Source: Bacillus subtilis subsp. subtilis str. 168 (GTDB taxonomy: Bacteria; Bacillota; Bacilli; Bacillales; Bacillaceae). Taken from it: 64,000 bases of DNA. The notes below the pieces were generated by a model that was not told the DNA's origin, searched no databases, and saw only the letters and a program-made list of their open reading frames with translations. Below are positions 44,455 to 54,579 of this stretch, in pieces (the first letter of the stretch is position 1; every line of letters begins with the position of its first letter). The position numbers and the translations under genes were made by a program. The stretch covers positions 2,046,001 to 2,110,000 of the forward strand of contig NC_000964.3 in assembly GCF_000009045.1 (NCBI RefSeq), in the 5' to 3' direction.

Positions 44455-44573
44455 TGATAAAGGAGGTCTTCTAATATACTAGAAGGCTTCCTTTTTATTG
44501 TTGGAGGGTGCATTCTGGCTTTCACAATGATAAAGTTACAAGTAAGATGAAAAGCTGAAAATGAGGTAAGATC

Positions 44574-45686
44574 ATGATTAAAAATCATTTTACATTTCAA
44601 AAACTAAACGGGATTACGCCCTATATATGGACGATATTTTTCATCCTCCCCTTCTACTTTATATGGAAATCATCATCTACATTTGTTATTATTGTCGGCA
44701 TCATTTTGACGCTTTTATTTTTTTCGGTATATCGATTTGCTTTTGTCTCAAAAGGCTGGACCATTTATTTGTGGGGATTTTTATTAATTGGCATTTCAAC
44801 CGCCTCCATTACTCTGTTCAGTTATATTTATTTTGCTTTCTTTATTGCTTATTTTATTGGAAACATTAAGGAACGCGTCCCTTTTCATATTTTATATTAT
44901 GTCCATTTAATAAGCGCGGCCGTCGCAGCCAATTTCAGTCTCGTATTAAAAAAGGAATTCTTTCTGACACAAATTCCTTTTGTCGTTATTACCCTCATCA
45001 GCGCAATTTTATTGCCCTTCAGTATAAAAAGCCGCAAGGAGCGCGAACGACTTGAAGAAAAGCTCGAGGATGCAAATGAACGGATTGCAGAACTGGTAAA
45101 ATTAGAAGAACGTCAGCGAATTGCCCGCGATCTCCATGATACGCTTGGGCAAAAGCTTTCTCTTATTGGTTTAAAAAGCGACTTAGCAAGAAAATTGATA
45201 TACAAAGATCCCGAACAAGCAGCTCGTGAACTGAAAAGTGTTCAGCAAACAGCGCGAACTTCTTTAAATGAAGTAAGAAAAATCGTTTCCTCTATGAAGG
45301 GCATCCGGCTCAAGGATGAATTGATCAACATCAAACAAATTCTCGAAGCAGCTGACATTATGTTTATCTATGAAGAAGAGAAATGGCCCGAGAATATCTC
45401 ATTGCTGAATGAAAACATTTTGAGCATGTGCTTAAAGGAAGCTGTCACAAATGTCGTCAAACACAGCCAGGCTAAAACTTGCCGAGTTGACATTCAGCAG
45501 CTCTGGAAGGAAGTTGTGATTACAGTGTCTGACGATGGAACATTCAAAGGAGAAGAAAATTCCTTTTCAAAAGGACATGGCTTACTCGGGATGAGAGAAC
45601 GGCTTGAGTTTGCAAACGGAAGCCTTCACATCGATACCGAAAACGGGACCAAGCTTACCATGGCAATTCCTAATAATTCAAAATAA
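44574..45686 (+). CDS. desK: Thermosensor histidine kinase
   Basis: Five TM segments. RIARDLHDTLGQ, EAVTNVVKHS and GHGLLG motifs. Confidence 0.97.
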   Translation: MIKNHFTFQKLNGITPYIWTIFFILPFYFIWKSSSTFVIIVGIILTLLFFSVYRFAFVSKGWTIYLWGFLLIGISTASITLFSYIYFAFFIAYFIGNIKERVPFHILYYVHLISAAVAANFSLVLKKEFFLTQIPFVVITLISAILLPFSIKSRKERERLEEKLEDANERIAELVKLEERQRIARDLHDTLGQKLSLIGLKSDLARKLIYKDPEQAARELKSVQQTARTSLNEVRKIVSSMKGIRLKDELINIKQILEAADIMFIYEEEKWPENISLLNENILSMCLKEAVTNVVKHSQAKTCRVDIQQLWKEVVITVSDDGTFKGEENSFSKGHGLLGMRERLEFANGSLHIDTENGTKLTMAIPNNSK

Positions 45687-45704
45687 ACATAAAGGATGGC
45701 TTAT

Positions 45705-46304
45705 ATGATTAGTATATTTATTGCAGAAGATCAGCAAATGCTGCTGGGCGCTTTAGGATCACTTCTAAACCTCGAAGACGATATGGAAGTCGTAGGCAAA
45801 GGTACAACCGGCCAAGATGCTGTTGATTTTGTCAAAAAACGCCAGCCTGATGTATGTATTATGGACATTGAAATGCCCGGAAAAACAGGGCTTGAAGCTG
45901 CTGAGGAGCTAAAAGATACAGGCTGCAAAATTATCATCTTAACCACCTTCGCCAGACCCGGTTACTTTCAGAGAGCTATTAAAGCTGGCGTTAAAGGCTA
46001 TTTGTTAAAAGACAGTCCGAGTGAAGAGCTGGCCAACGCCATCCGTAGCGTCATGAACGGAAAACGCATCTATGCACCTGAACTGATGGAGGACTTATAC
46101 AGCGAAGCTAACCCTCTTACAGATAGAGAAAAAGAAGTGCTCGAACTTGTGGCTGACGGTAAAAACACAAAAGAAATCGCTCAGGAACTCAGCATCAAAA
46201 GCGGGACGGTGCGGAATTATATCTCAATGATTCTAGAAAAGCTTGAAGTGAAAAATCGAATTGAAGCCATTACCCGGTCAAAAGAAAAAGGCTGGTTTAA
46301 ATAA
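45705..46304 (+). CDS. desR: NarL-family response regulator
   Basis: AEDQ, MDIEMP and LuxR HTH. Terminator at 46303-46338. Confidence 0.97.
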   Translation: MISIFIAEDQQMLLGALGSLLNLEDDMEVVGKGTTGQDAVDFVKKRQPDVCIMDIEMPGKTGLEAAEELKDTGCKIIILTTFARPGYFQRAIKAGVKGYLLKDSPSEELANAIRSVMNGKRIYAPELMEDLYSEANPLTDREKEVLELVADGKNTKEIAQELSIKSGTVRNYISMILEKLEVKNRIEAITRSKEKGWFK

Positions 46305-46898
46305 AAAAGGATCTTGGCATCTGCCAGGATCCTTTTTGTTAACCTGAAATTCCCGTTTGAGAACCTCGTCGCAACCAGAATTAAATTGATCCATATCCTC
46401 GCTCCTACGCCCGCTGAACGATTGTTTGGTTAACAGCCCAATAAAAGACTGGATTGAATGATATCCCTGTTAAAATGGTCGGCCATTGCACATCAGCAGA
46501 ATTTCTGATATTGATTATATTGTATTTTCAGTATGACAAAGTTGTGCCACTTCGCTCCCGAAGCTGCCATGCCCAACTGCAAGAGCCTAATATCACAATA
46601 AAAAACCGTCTGAAATCAATCCGATTCCGTAAATGGTATCTGCTACATCCAACTGCTTATTATCTGCCAAAAACACCAGCTCGTTTCGCTGATCAAAGAT
46701 AGTAACAACCAGCTATAAATGTCATGATGCCGAATGTCTCTGTAATGTGGAATCAATCTTTTAACCCGAGAGCCCCTGAATCGCACATAAAGAAAAACGG
46801 GACCACTTTCTTTTATCAGCATATGATATAAACAGCTCTAAGCAGAACAAAAAAAGACACAAGCCAAAAGCTTATGTCTTTTATCACAATCTATATTA

Positions 46899-47762
46899 TT
46901 AGTTTAAGACTTTAACACTTACAGTTTTGACGCCCCAATTAGAAGCATCACTTTTACTTGGTACAAATACGTCGATTTTATTTCCTTTAATAGCGCCGCC
47001 AGTGTCTGCTGCTGTTGCTTCCCCGTAGCCTTCAACATAGACTTTAGAACCTAGCGGAATTACATTAGGATCAACCGCAATAACTTTCGCGTTCGGGTTC
47101 TTATTTAAGTCAATGCCTGTAGCTGTAACGCCGGAAATGCCGCCGTCGTTAGCAGTGTAAGCAGTAGCAGTAACTGTTAGTTCTTTTGAAGCTTCTTGAT
47201 TATTTGTATTTGATTGAACAGCCTTCTCCTCTGTGTTAACAGAAGTTTCTGCCTCAGCCTTTGTTTCTTGTTTAGGTTGCTGTTGTACAGCTTCTTGTTT
47301 AGGTTGCTCTTTTTGCACAGCCTCTTGTTTTGGCGCAGCTTGAGGTGCGTTTGTTTGCGCATTCTCAGTAGCTGTGTTTGCTGCTGTTGCCTGACCTTTT
47401 ACTGAAAGAGTTGATCCAGCATAGATCATGTCAGAGCTTAAGTTATTCCAAACTTTCAGGTTGTTGACTGTCGTGCCGAATTTTTGAGCAATCTTAGAAA
47501 GCGTATCTCCCGCTTTAATTGTATATTGCCCAGTCGTGGTTGTTTCTTCTGAAGAAATGGTCAGTTTTTCTCCTGCAATGATTTTATCAGAAGTTAACTT
47601 GTTCCATTCTTTTAAGTCCTTTAGGTTCACTCCATTTTTCTGAGAGATTCCCCAGAGCGTATCACCCTTTTGCACCGTAATTTCTTTTGCAGAAGCGTGA
47701 GCTCCGAATGCAGTTGTTGAAAGTGCAGCAACTGCCACAAAGGACATAATCGTCTTCTTCAT
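46899..47762 (-). CDS. yocH: Cell-wall hydrolase with 2 LysM and a 3D domain
   Basis: [32 protein letters not shown] and [14 protein letters not shown]. Gln-rich linker repeats. Confidence 0.96.
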   Translation of the reverse strand: MKKTIMSFVAVAALSTTAFGAHASAKEITVQKGDTLWGISQKNGVNLKDLKEWNKLTSDKIIAGEKLTISSEETTTTGQYTIKAGDTLSKIAQKFGTTVNNLKVWNNLSSDMIYAGSTLSVKGQATAANTATENAQTNAPQAAPKQEAVQKEQPKQEAVQQQPKQETKAEAETSVNTEEKAVQSNTNNQEASKELTVTATAYTANDGGISGVTATGIDLNKNPNAKVIAVDPNVIPLGSKVYVEGYGEATAADTGGAIKGNKIDVFVPSKSDASNWGVKTVSVKVLN

Positions 47763-47858
47763 AAGTAAATCCTCCCTTGTTAGCTTTTTATTGGCGGCTA
47801 ACAGGTGATATCGTAACACACGTAAATGTCAAATCAATAACAAAAAGATATGATTTAG

Positions 47859-47875
47859 ATTACAGTTCCTTTACA
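47859..47875 (-). promoter_or_regulatory. WalR box
   Basis: TGTAAA-N5-TGTAAT on the minus strand upstream of yocH. Confidence 0.8.
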
Positions 47876-48009
47876 TGAAGGATTTCTCTCTGATGGAAAG
47901 ACTTGCTGAACCCTTGATATAATAGGCTTCGCAGGTCTTTTTATTTTGAGGCGAAACAGAGAAAATAAAATGTGTTTTTTATAGAAAAAAAGATTGTTTT
48001 TCTGTTTTT

Positions 48010-49785
48010 TTAGTCTGTCATCCTTGCATAAGCCTGTATTTCTTGTAAAAAAAGCCGGCCGTATTTTGCTCTTTTTTGTTCTCCGACTCCTTTTATAGAC
48101 AAAAGTTCATCATCATTTACGGGCTGTTTTCCTGACATTTCTTTTAACGTTTGGTCAGAGAAAACAACAAATGGCGGAACACCCTGCTCAGCCGCAATTT
48201 CTTTCCGAACCATGCGCAATCGTTCAAATAGCTCGTCATTTTCAGTAATCGCTGCCGCTTTTAACGCTTCTTTTCTCGCTACTGATAATTCTCCTTTCAG
48301 CACATTCCTTCCTTTACTGCTGACAAAAAGAGTCGGAAACGTTCCGTCTGACATCCTGATGAAGTCGTCAGAAATAAGAAATTCGATAAAATCACTGATT
48401 TCGCCAACGGATTGGTGTTTTAATATCCCGTATGTTGAAAGGTCGGAAAAGCCGTTTTCAAGAACTTTTTTATTTTTGGAGCCGGCAAGCACCTGGGCAA
48501 CCATCGTCTTGCCAAACCGTTCTTTCATGCGAATGATACAAGATAAGACCATTTGCGCCTCCCGCGTCACGTCATGGGCCGCTCTTGTATCGGTACAGTT
48601 TCCGCACTGTCCGCACGCATCAGGCTCCTTTTCTCCGAAATACATAAGGATAAAACGCTGCAGACAATCTTCCGTATGACAGTAGTCGACCATTTGTCTC
48701 AGCTTTTTTAAATCCTGCTTTTGTTTCTCTTCATGTTCTGATTGCTCAATTAAGAAGCGCTGCACCATAATATCCTGCGGTGAAAACAGGAGAACACATT
48801 CACTGGCAAGACCGTCCCGTCCAGCTCGTCCTGCCTCTTGATAATAGCTTTCCATATCTTTCGGGATTTGTGCATGCAGAACAAATCTGATATTTGATTT
48901 ATCAATACCCATTCCAAAAGCAGAGGTTGCCACCATCACTTGAAGCTCATCATTAAGAAATCTTTCCTGCTGCTCTTTTCTCACATCATCAGCCAAACCT
49001 CCATGATACCGGCCTGCCCTGACCTGATTTCGTTTCAATCTCTCATATATCCGATCAGCTTCTTTTCTGGTCGCTGTATAGACAATTCCTGCTTCATGCC
49101 TGTTGTTTTGCACATATTCGTCTATAAACCGATCTTTATTTTCTCCTTTTACTACTTTAAAGGTTAAATTCTCTCGGGAAAATCCGGTATATACCGTGTT
49201 TTCTTTTTGAATATGCAGCTGTTTGCAAATATCATCATGAACCTCGGGTGTGGCTGTTGCTGTTAACGCCATGATGACAGGCTTGTCGTGTAATTCACGG
49301 AACAAGATTTCAATATTCCTGTAGCTTGGCCTGAAATCATGGCCCCATTGAGAAATACAATGCGCCTCGTCTATTGCGACCAAAGGAACATCTATGCCCT
49401 GCAAAATCCGGATAAACTCTATGGACGTTAGTCGCTCTGGTGTAATGTAAAAAAGCTTATAAGCCCCTTCTTTGAGTCCGTTCAGCCTCTCATATATTTC
49501 CTGATTGGATTGTGTGCTGTTAATGTAGGCGGCGTTAATCCCCGCTTCTTCTAACGCATCAACTTGATCCTTCATCAAGGAAATCAACGGTGAAATGACG
49601 ATCGTCGTCCCTTCAAACATTAATGCCGGAATCTGATAGCAAATCGATTTGCCGCCTCCCGTCGGCATAATGCAGGCCGTATTTTGCCTCGCTTCCGTCA
49701 CCAAGCGGATCGCTTCATCTTGGCCGCTCCGAAACTTCTCATAACCAAAATAATGAGCCAGAAGGGATTGGGCTCTATGTAACAT
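48010..49785 (-). CDS. recQ: RecQ DNA helicase
   Basis: PTGGGKS, DEAH, SQWGHDFRP, QEAGRAGRDG, Zn/RQC and HRDC domains. Confidence 0.97.
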   Translation of the reverse strand: MLHRAQSLLAHYFGYEKFRSGQDEAIRLVTEARQNTACIMPTGGGKSICYQIPALMFEGTTIVISPLISLMKDQVDALEEAGINAAYINSTQSNQEIYERLNGLKEGAYKLFYITPERLTSIEFIRILQGIDVPLVAIDEAHCISQWGHDFRPSYRNIEILFRELHDKPVIMALTATATPEVHDDICKQLHIQKENTVYTGFSRENLTFKVVKGENKDRFIDEYVQNNRHEAGIVYTATRKEADRIYERLKRNQVRAGRYHGGLADDVRKEQQERFLNDELQVMVATSAFGMGIDKSNIRFVLHAQIPKDMESYYQEAGRAGRDGLASECVLLFSPQDIMVQRFLIEQSEHEEKQKQDLKKLRQMVDYCHTEDCLQRFILMYFGEKEPDACGQCGNCTDTRAAHDVTREAQMVLSCIIRMKERFGKTMVAQVLAGSKNKKVLENGFSDLSTYGILKHQSVGEISDFIEFLISDDFIRMSDGTFPTLFVSSKGRNVLKGELSVARKEALKAAAITENDELFERLRMVRKEIAAEQGVPPFVVFSDQTLKEMSGKQPVNDDELLSIKGVGEQKRAKYGRLFLQEIQAYARMTD

Positions 49786-49908
49786 AACGTGTAAACCTCG
49801 CTTTTCCTTGAATTTCTCCCATCATATCATAAAAAAGCGGCCTTCATTTCTTTCACACAAAAATGGAATATTCACTATACCAAACCTTTTTAGATAAAAT
49901 AAAAAGCC

Positions 49909-50111
49909 ATTTCCGAAAAGGAAATGGCTTTCGCTACGTCTTGCCGTATGCAAGTAAGAAAGTTTTAAACCACCACTCCTCAAAGTGGGTGTTTGCAGAA
50001 ACGTTCCTGTCGTCCTCTGCAATGGAGGCATGACATTCCGGCTTCGATATAAAACTCCCTATTACAGCTTAAAGGTTAAAACTTAATTAACAATACGCAC
50101 AAAGTAGCTTC
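49909..50111 (-). ncRNA. bsrB: 6S-2 RNA
   Basis: Promoter TTGATT-17-TACTAT (50146-50118). 5' end GAAGCUACUUUG. Long-range pairing of 50074-50084 with 49960-49971. Terminator near 49900-49931. Confidence 0.88.
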
Positions 50112-50349
50112 TTTAATATAGTACACCATCAGGCGCTTTTAATCAAGAGGTCAGAACAATTGTTTAGAAAAACTTTTTCCAGTGAATAAAACTGTTTTTT
50201 CTCCAAAATACCTGACAATTCGACAAACAAAAAATATATTACAATAAAAAAAATAGCCTTTATTGCTAAAAGCGAATGATTATTTTCTTCTATATTAATG
50301 TGTATATACAAAAAGACTCCTATTTGTAACGATAGGAGTCTTGGCTTTA

Positions 50350-50976
50350 TTAGAATTTTGCAGCAAGATCTTTTGCTTCTTGTAAACCTTTTTCAACGAT
50401 TTCTTGCGCTTGATCAGGTGCTGCGTTATGTCCTTCGATGACAACTGTGTGCAAGTCTTGAACACCCCAGAAACCAAGAACTGTTTTCATGAAGTTTAAT
50501 GACATTTCAAGTGCAGCCATTGGTCCTTCTGAGTAGACACCGCCGCGAGCGTTAAGAAGCGCAACTTTTTTGCCGCCCATTAAACCGACTGGTCCTTCTT
50601 GTGTGTATTTGAATGTAACGCCTGCGCGAGACAGATAATCAACATAAGTATGAAGCACTGCTGGCACTGTGAAGTTCCAAAGCGGGAATGCGAAAACAAC
50701 TTTGTCAGCTTTTACAAACTGGTTCAGATATTTGTCAGCAATTGCTGCTTGTTTTTTCTCATCTTCTGTCATTTCCATTCCTTGACCTGCTTTAAATGTT
50801 CCGTTAATCATATCTCTGCCAAGGTAAGGAAGGTTTTCCTTATGAAGATCTAATTCAACCACTTCATCATTAGGGTTGTTTTCTTTATAAGCAGCTAAGA
50901 AAGCTTCGTAAAGTTTAGTTGAAACGCCTTCTTCAGCTGTACGGTCGCTTGATTTTACAAATAAAACTGTAGACAT
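50350..50976 (-). CDS. azoR1: FMN-dependent NADH-azoreductase
   Basis: FAFPLWNFTVP, AGVTFKYT and ARGGVY motifs. Confidence 0.95.
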   Translation of the reverse strand: MSTVLFVKSSDRTAEEGVSTKLYEAFLAAYKENNPNDEVVELDLHKENLPYLGRDMINGTFKAGQGMEMTEDEKKQAAIADKYLNQFVKADKVVFAFPLWNFTVPAVLHTYVDYLSRAGVTFKYTQEGPVGLMGGKKVALLNARGGVYSEGPMAALEMSLNFMKTVLGFWGVQDLHTVVIEGHNAAPDQAQEIVEKGLQEAKDLAAKF

Positions 50977-51006
50977 TTGTATTCCTCCCGGTAAACTTTT
51001 TATATT

Positions 51007-51021
51007 TACTTACAAATAGTA
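51007..51021. promoter_or_regulatory. YodB operator
   Basis: TACT-N7-AGTA upstream of azoR1. Confidence 0.7.
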
Positions 51022-51125
51022 TGTTACTTTCTTTTTTACGTAAAGTCAATCACTTTATTTTGAATATGAGATTTTTTTTCAAAAAAAGCAAGTACATCTA
51101 ATATCGGTGTACTTGCTTGGCATTT

Positions 51126-51617
51126 TTACTTCGAATCTTGTTCACGATCCAAGATTTCATACGTCTGCGAGCTTTTTTGATCAATTGTTTCTTTGTTGGA
51201 TAAGTCTTTTACCTGTTCATGAAACTCTCTTTCATAAGAAGGAGCATCTGTCTCCAGATCATCCTCCACATCAGCTTGGGCCTCAACTGTCATTCTTGCA
51301 TAAGGAACAGCTTCAAGTCTTTCGTAAGGAATCTCTTGGCCGGTTTTTTCACACACGCCATAAGTTCCGTCTTTCATCTTTTGTAATGCACGGTTGACCT
51401 CCTCTAACAGCTCCCGGTCAATCTCTTTCACTGTTTGGTCTGTCATCCGGTCTGTGACGAGCGTCCCGTGGTCTGCCATATGGTTGTCAACCCCATTGGA
51501 AAGCTCCCCCACTTCTTCCGTCATTGATTCTGTTTCCTTTTTCTCGCCAGACAATTCTTTTTGCATATCGAGCAATTTATGATAGAGATGCTGTGTTTGT
51601 TCTTTTGTCAGTGCCAT
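51126..51617 (-). CDS. yocK: DksA/TraR-like general stress protein
   Basis: NHMADHGT and ALQKMKDGTYGVCEKTGQEIPYERLEAVPYA motifs. Confidence 0.9.
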   Translation of the reverse strand: MALTKEQTQHLYHKLLDMQKELSGEKKETESMTEEVGELSNGVDNHMADHGTLVTDRMTDQTVKEIDRELLEEVNRALQKMKDGTYGVCEKTGQEIPYERLEAVPYARMTVEAQADVEDDLETDAPSYEREFHEQVKDLSNKETIDQKSSQTYEILDREQDSK

Positions 51618-51641
51618 GTATATCCTCTCCTTTCTATCCTG

Positions 51642-51666
51642 TTTCCCGTTTTGCCTTCTGTCAAAC
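51642..51666 (-). promoter_or_regulatory. Sigma-B promoter of yocK
   Basis: GTTTGA-N13-GGGAAA. Confidence 0.8.
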
Positions 51667-51691
51667 ATGGAAACATCGATGGAAAGATGAG

Positions 51692-52024
51692 CTACTGCCT
51701 TTTTGAACGGATCGTGACCGCTGGCGTCGATGGTGCTTCGGGTTTTCGTTGGCACTTTTTGTCCTTCTCTTCTGGCGGTATATAATAGGTTGCGCCTATA
51801 TTTAATCTGCCGCTCAGTTCATCAATGGTCAGCTCGCCGAATTCAAGATGATAGTCAACTTTTTCGACATTCAGCGTTTCAATATGTATATAGGTTTCTT
51901 CAGACTCTTGTTTGCTGCTTTGTTTTTGTTTCTCAATCACTGAGAGTCTTTCTTCACATTCACGCAGTTTGTCAAGTTCTGGTTTCAAGCAATGCCTGAT
52001 CAGCGACCGGAACATTTTTTTCAT
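51692..52024 (-). CDS. yocL: Hypothetical sporulation protein
   Basis: IHIETLNVEKVDYHLEFGELTIDELSGRLNIG, similar to GerPC-type beta motifs. Confidence 0.8.
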   Translation of the reverse strand: MKKMFRSLIRHCLKPELDKLRECEERLSVIEKQKQSSKQESEETYIHIETLNVEKVDYHLEFGELTIDELSGRLNIGATYYIPPEEKDKKCQRKPEAPSTPAVTIRSKRQ

Positions 52025-52101
52025 GACATCACGACCCTTTGCATACTCCTCTTTCGTCTACATATATAATGAGGTATATCCCATAGAAAGGAGAGGTTTT
52101 C

Positions 52102-52329
52102 ATGCTTCCGACTAACATCAATATTTCTCATCTCAAGACTAACTCGATAGGCACCGGCTCATCCCTTACCTTTGGTTCTGCGGAGTTAAGGAACAGGTGC
52201 TCTGCTATCAAAAGAAATAACGGTTTTGGGGAACAAAATGCAGATGGTATTGTTATGGTCATTCCGATTGAATCAATTGATGACCGTGATGTGTCAGATG
52301 CACTCAGTATGAAAATCAATCATCAATAA
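52102..52329 (+). CDS. yoyB: GerPA/GerPF-like small protein
   Basis: INISHLKTNSIGTGSSLTFG...GFGEQNAD. Confidence 0.7.
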   Translation: MLPTNINISHLKTNSIGTGSSLTFGSAELRNRCSAIKRNNGFGEQNADGIVMVIPIESIDDRDVSDALSMKINHQ

Positions 52330-52792
52330 CAATGGTTTTCGCTTGACCTTCGTCTTTTTGAATAGTGATGTATAGGATTCCGTCTTTAAAAATGGCATTC
52401 ATCTTTCCATGAAGATGATCGGAAAGCGGAATTTTCTTTTCAAAACTTCCGTATTTCCCTTCTTTTTGGCGAAAGTCCTGTTCATTAAAATAGGAAAAGC
52501 GCTGCCCCTTCACCACTAAATAATCTCCGTACGATAATATGTGAACGTCTTGTTTACGGTAGCCTGGAAGATAAATTAAAAACTGCACTTCCGCAACGGT
52601 ATCTACAATATCCATGCTCGGAAATGAAGCATCTCCTTTCCCTCGCTGATCTTGCTGCGCAAACGGAAACGGAGATTGGCCATTTGTCATAAAAGGGGTT
52701 TTTTGGTCTTCATCAAATACCTGTTTCCAAAAGTCACCGCCGTACATCTGCTGTGCGAATTCCATCCACTGCTTCATCTTTTCGAAATCCAT
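52316..52792 (-). CDS. yocM: Hsp20 small heat-shock protein
   Basis: PSMDIVD, LPGY, E.KYGSFEKKI and FKDGILYITI motifs. Confidence 0.9.
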   Translation of the reverse strand: MDFEKMKQWMEFAQQMYGGDFWKQVFDEDQKTPFMTNGQSPFPFAQQDQRGKGDASFPSMDIVDTVAEVQFLIYLPGYRKQDVHILSYGDYLVVKGQRFSYFNEQDFRQKEGKYGSFEKKIPLSDHLHGKMNAIFKDGILYITIQKDEGQAKTIVIDD

Positions 52793-52852
52793 TTGAAGCC
52801 CCCTGTCTTAACATACTTTATAACCGCCAGCATACAACTATAGAAAGGAGGT

Positions 52853-53122
52853 TTGCCTGTGGTTCAACCAACTCCGTATATCAATATTAATATTTTCATG
52901 CTGAAAATTAATTCCTTTGAAAATGCTTCAGCGGTTAACGTAGGACAAAATTTATTGGCAGAATGGCAAAATTCAGATAAAAAAAATCAAGGCTACGGAC
53001 AGAATTTTGGAGATGCGAGCGGATTTATGGGCACGAGAAGCCATGTGGATGACAGAGACCAAATTGATTCTCCGGCCTCTTTTGAAAGTGAAGCGGTTAA
53101 CTCCTCAATCAAAAGGAAGTGA
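52853..53122 (+). CDS. yozN: GerPA/GerPF-like small protein
   Basis: KINSFENASAVNVGQN...NQGYGQNFGD...DRDQID. Confidence 0.8.
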   Translation: MPVVQPTPYININIFMLKINSFENASAVNVGQNLLAEWQNSDKKNQGYGQNFGDASGFMGTRSHVDDRDQIDSPASFESEAVNSSIKRK

Positions 53123-53126
53123 TGAG

Positions 53127-53360
53127 ATGTTCTTTTCACCCTCCGTCGTAAATGTCGGCGGATTTAAAATCAATACGATGGATCGAGGTTCCTCTTTAAC
53201 ACTCGGTCCGTATCAGCAGGTCGATTACTTTTTATCAGCTAAAATAAATCAAGGGTTTGGAGAAGAAAATGGCGACTTTACTCCTCTTGTCGTGCCGATT
53301 TCAAATGTATTAGATGCAGATCTTGTTGATTCGAACTCAGCGAAAAACAGTGTGGTGTAA
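53127..53360 (+). CDS. yocN: GerPA/GerPF-like small protein
   Basis: KINTMDRGSSLTLG...NQGFGEENGD...DADLVD. Confidence 0.8.
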   Translation: MFFSPSVVNVGGFKINTMDRGSSLTLGPYQQVDYFLSAKINQGFGEENGDFTPLVVPISNVLDADLVDSNSAKNSVV

Positions 53361-53445
53361 TAAGAACAGGGCGCACATGCCCTGTTCTTGTTTTTATATA
53401 TAAAAAAAGCCTAACCATTTTTTGAACGGCTGGCTCATCAAATAT

Positions 53446-53790
53446 TCAGCTGCACAAATGCTTTGTCAGCACCGCCTGAACCTCGCTTAAATCGGTGTCT
53501 TTCGCAAATTCTAATTCGAAAGTTTTGCTTCTTGTCATCAATAAAAGCCCAGTGTCCGGATCAAACATTCCCGCTTCTTGGATGGCAAAGCTTTCAATTG
53601 TTTTATATGGAAGAAATACACGAACCTTCTTTTTAGAAAACATTTTATTGTCAAAGAAAATGATCCGCTTATTTGTAAAGCAAATTTGGTCCACTCGGAG
53701 CTTATAAATCGATTCAATTCTTTCCCCTTCAACGAGCAAAGCCTCAAGCTTCTTTGCGTCCGTTGATCTGCTAACAGAAAAAATACCCAA
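53446..53790 (-). CDS. yozO: Bacterial PH-domain protein
   Basis: LVEGERIE, DQICFTNKRII, PYKTIESFAIQEAGMFDPD. Confidence 0.85.
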   Translation of the reverse strand: MGIFSVSRSTDAKKLEALLVEGERIESIYKLRVDQICFTNKRIIFFDNKMFSKKKVRVFLPYKTIESFAIQEAGMFDPDTGLLLMTRSKTFELEFAKDTDLSEVQAVLTKHLCS

Positions 53791-54146
53791 TGAAGAACCC
53801 CTCTTTCTGCATTTATCTATTTGTTTTATCATTCACTACATAAAAATAAGTCCTTTATCCCTATATAAGAATACGACATAGAAGACATTTAAACCATTAC
53901 GAACAGATTACATTTTTCAAATTTTTGATTTGTTTTTTGGCTTTTAAGCTGTTGTCATCAAGTAATACGCACATATAGAGAAAAAAGTTTCAATATTCAG
54001 CAATGTTTTTATAAAAAAGTGGTTTTTAATGATTTTTTTAATTTTGTTTTATATTTCCTGTTTTAACCACAAAAAAACCGCAGCTGAGCTGCGGTTTTAT
54101 GTATCGACTGCTTTTAACAAAATCTGTTTGATGCTTCAAGGAAGCA

Positions 54147-54350
54147 TTACATCTCTTCGAAGTATTCTTTATAATAGCCGCCGACTTTATTCGTATTGTC
54201 GACCACAAAGAGAAACTCCTCTGTTTCATTTTTTACTTCATATTCTTTTCCCGGCGTTAAAACGCGGTTTACGATATATTTTTTTGCGTTTGTCTGCACA
54301 CACTTTACTTTTTTAATGGTTTCTTTTTCAAGCCAATTTTTATGAATCAT
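54147..54350 (-). CDS. yozC: Conserved small protein
   Basis: 67 aa with RBS AAGGAG. Terminator at 54070-54098. Confidence 0.8.
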   Translation of the reverse strand: MIHKNWLEKETIKKVKCVQTNAKKYIVNRVLTPGKEYEVKNETEEFLFVVDNTNKVGGYYKEYFEEM

Positions 54351-54579
54351 GATGAAATCTCCTTTTCTTATCTATAAGCTTATTGTAGCTTTTTTCTTTT
54401 GTAAATTGCAATATCGGTTATTCATTGATTTTGCCTTGATTTCTATTATAGAATGTTTGTATACGCTTACGTTTGAAGCAACTATCACAGCTTATTTCTG
54501 CTATTCAATCCAGGAATCAATGTGCTATCACCAAGAATCTCAGAACAGACCATAAAAAATGACTGGAGGTTTGTTACGG

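Noticed and set aside
47200-47400. Short tandem repeats in yocH
   Set aside because: They encode the Gln/Glu/Lys linker (KQEAVQ). No spacers, so not CRISPR.
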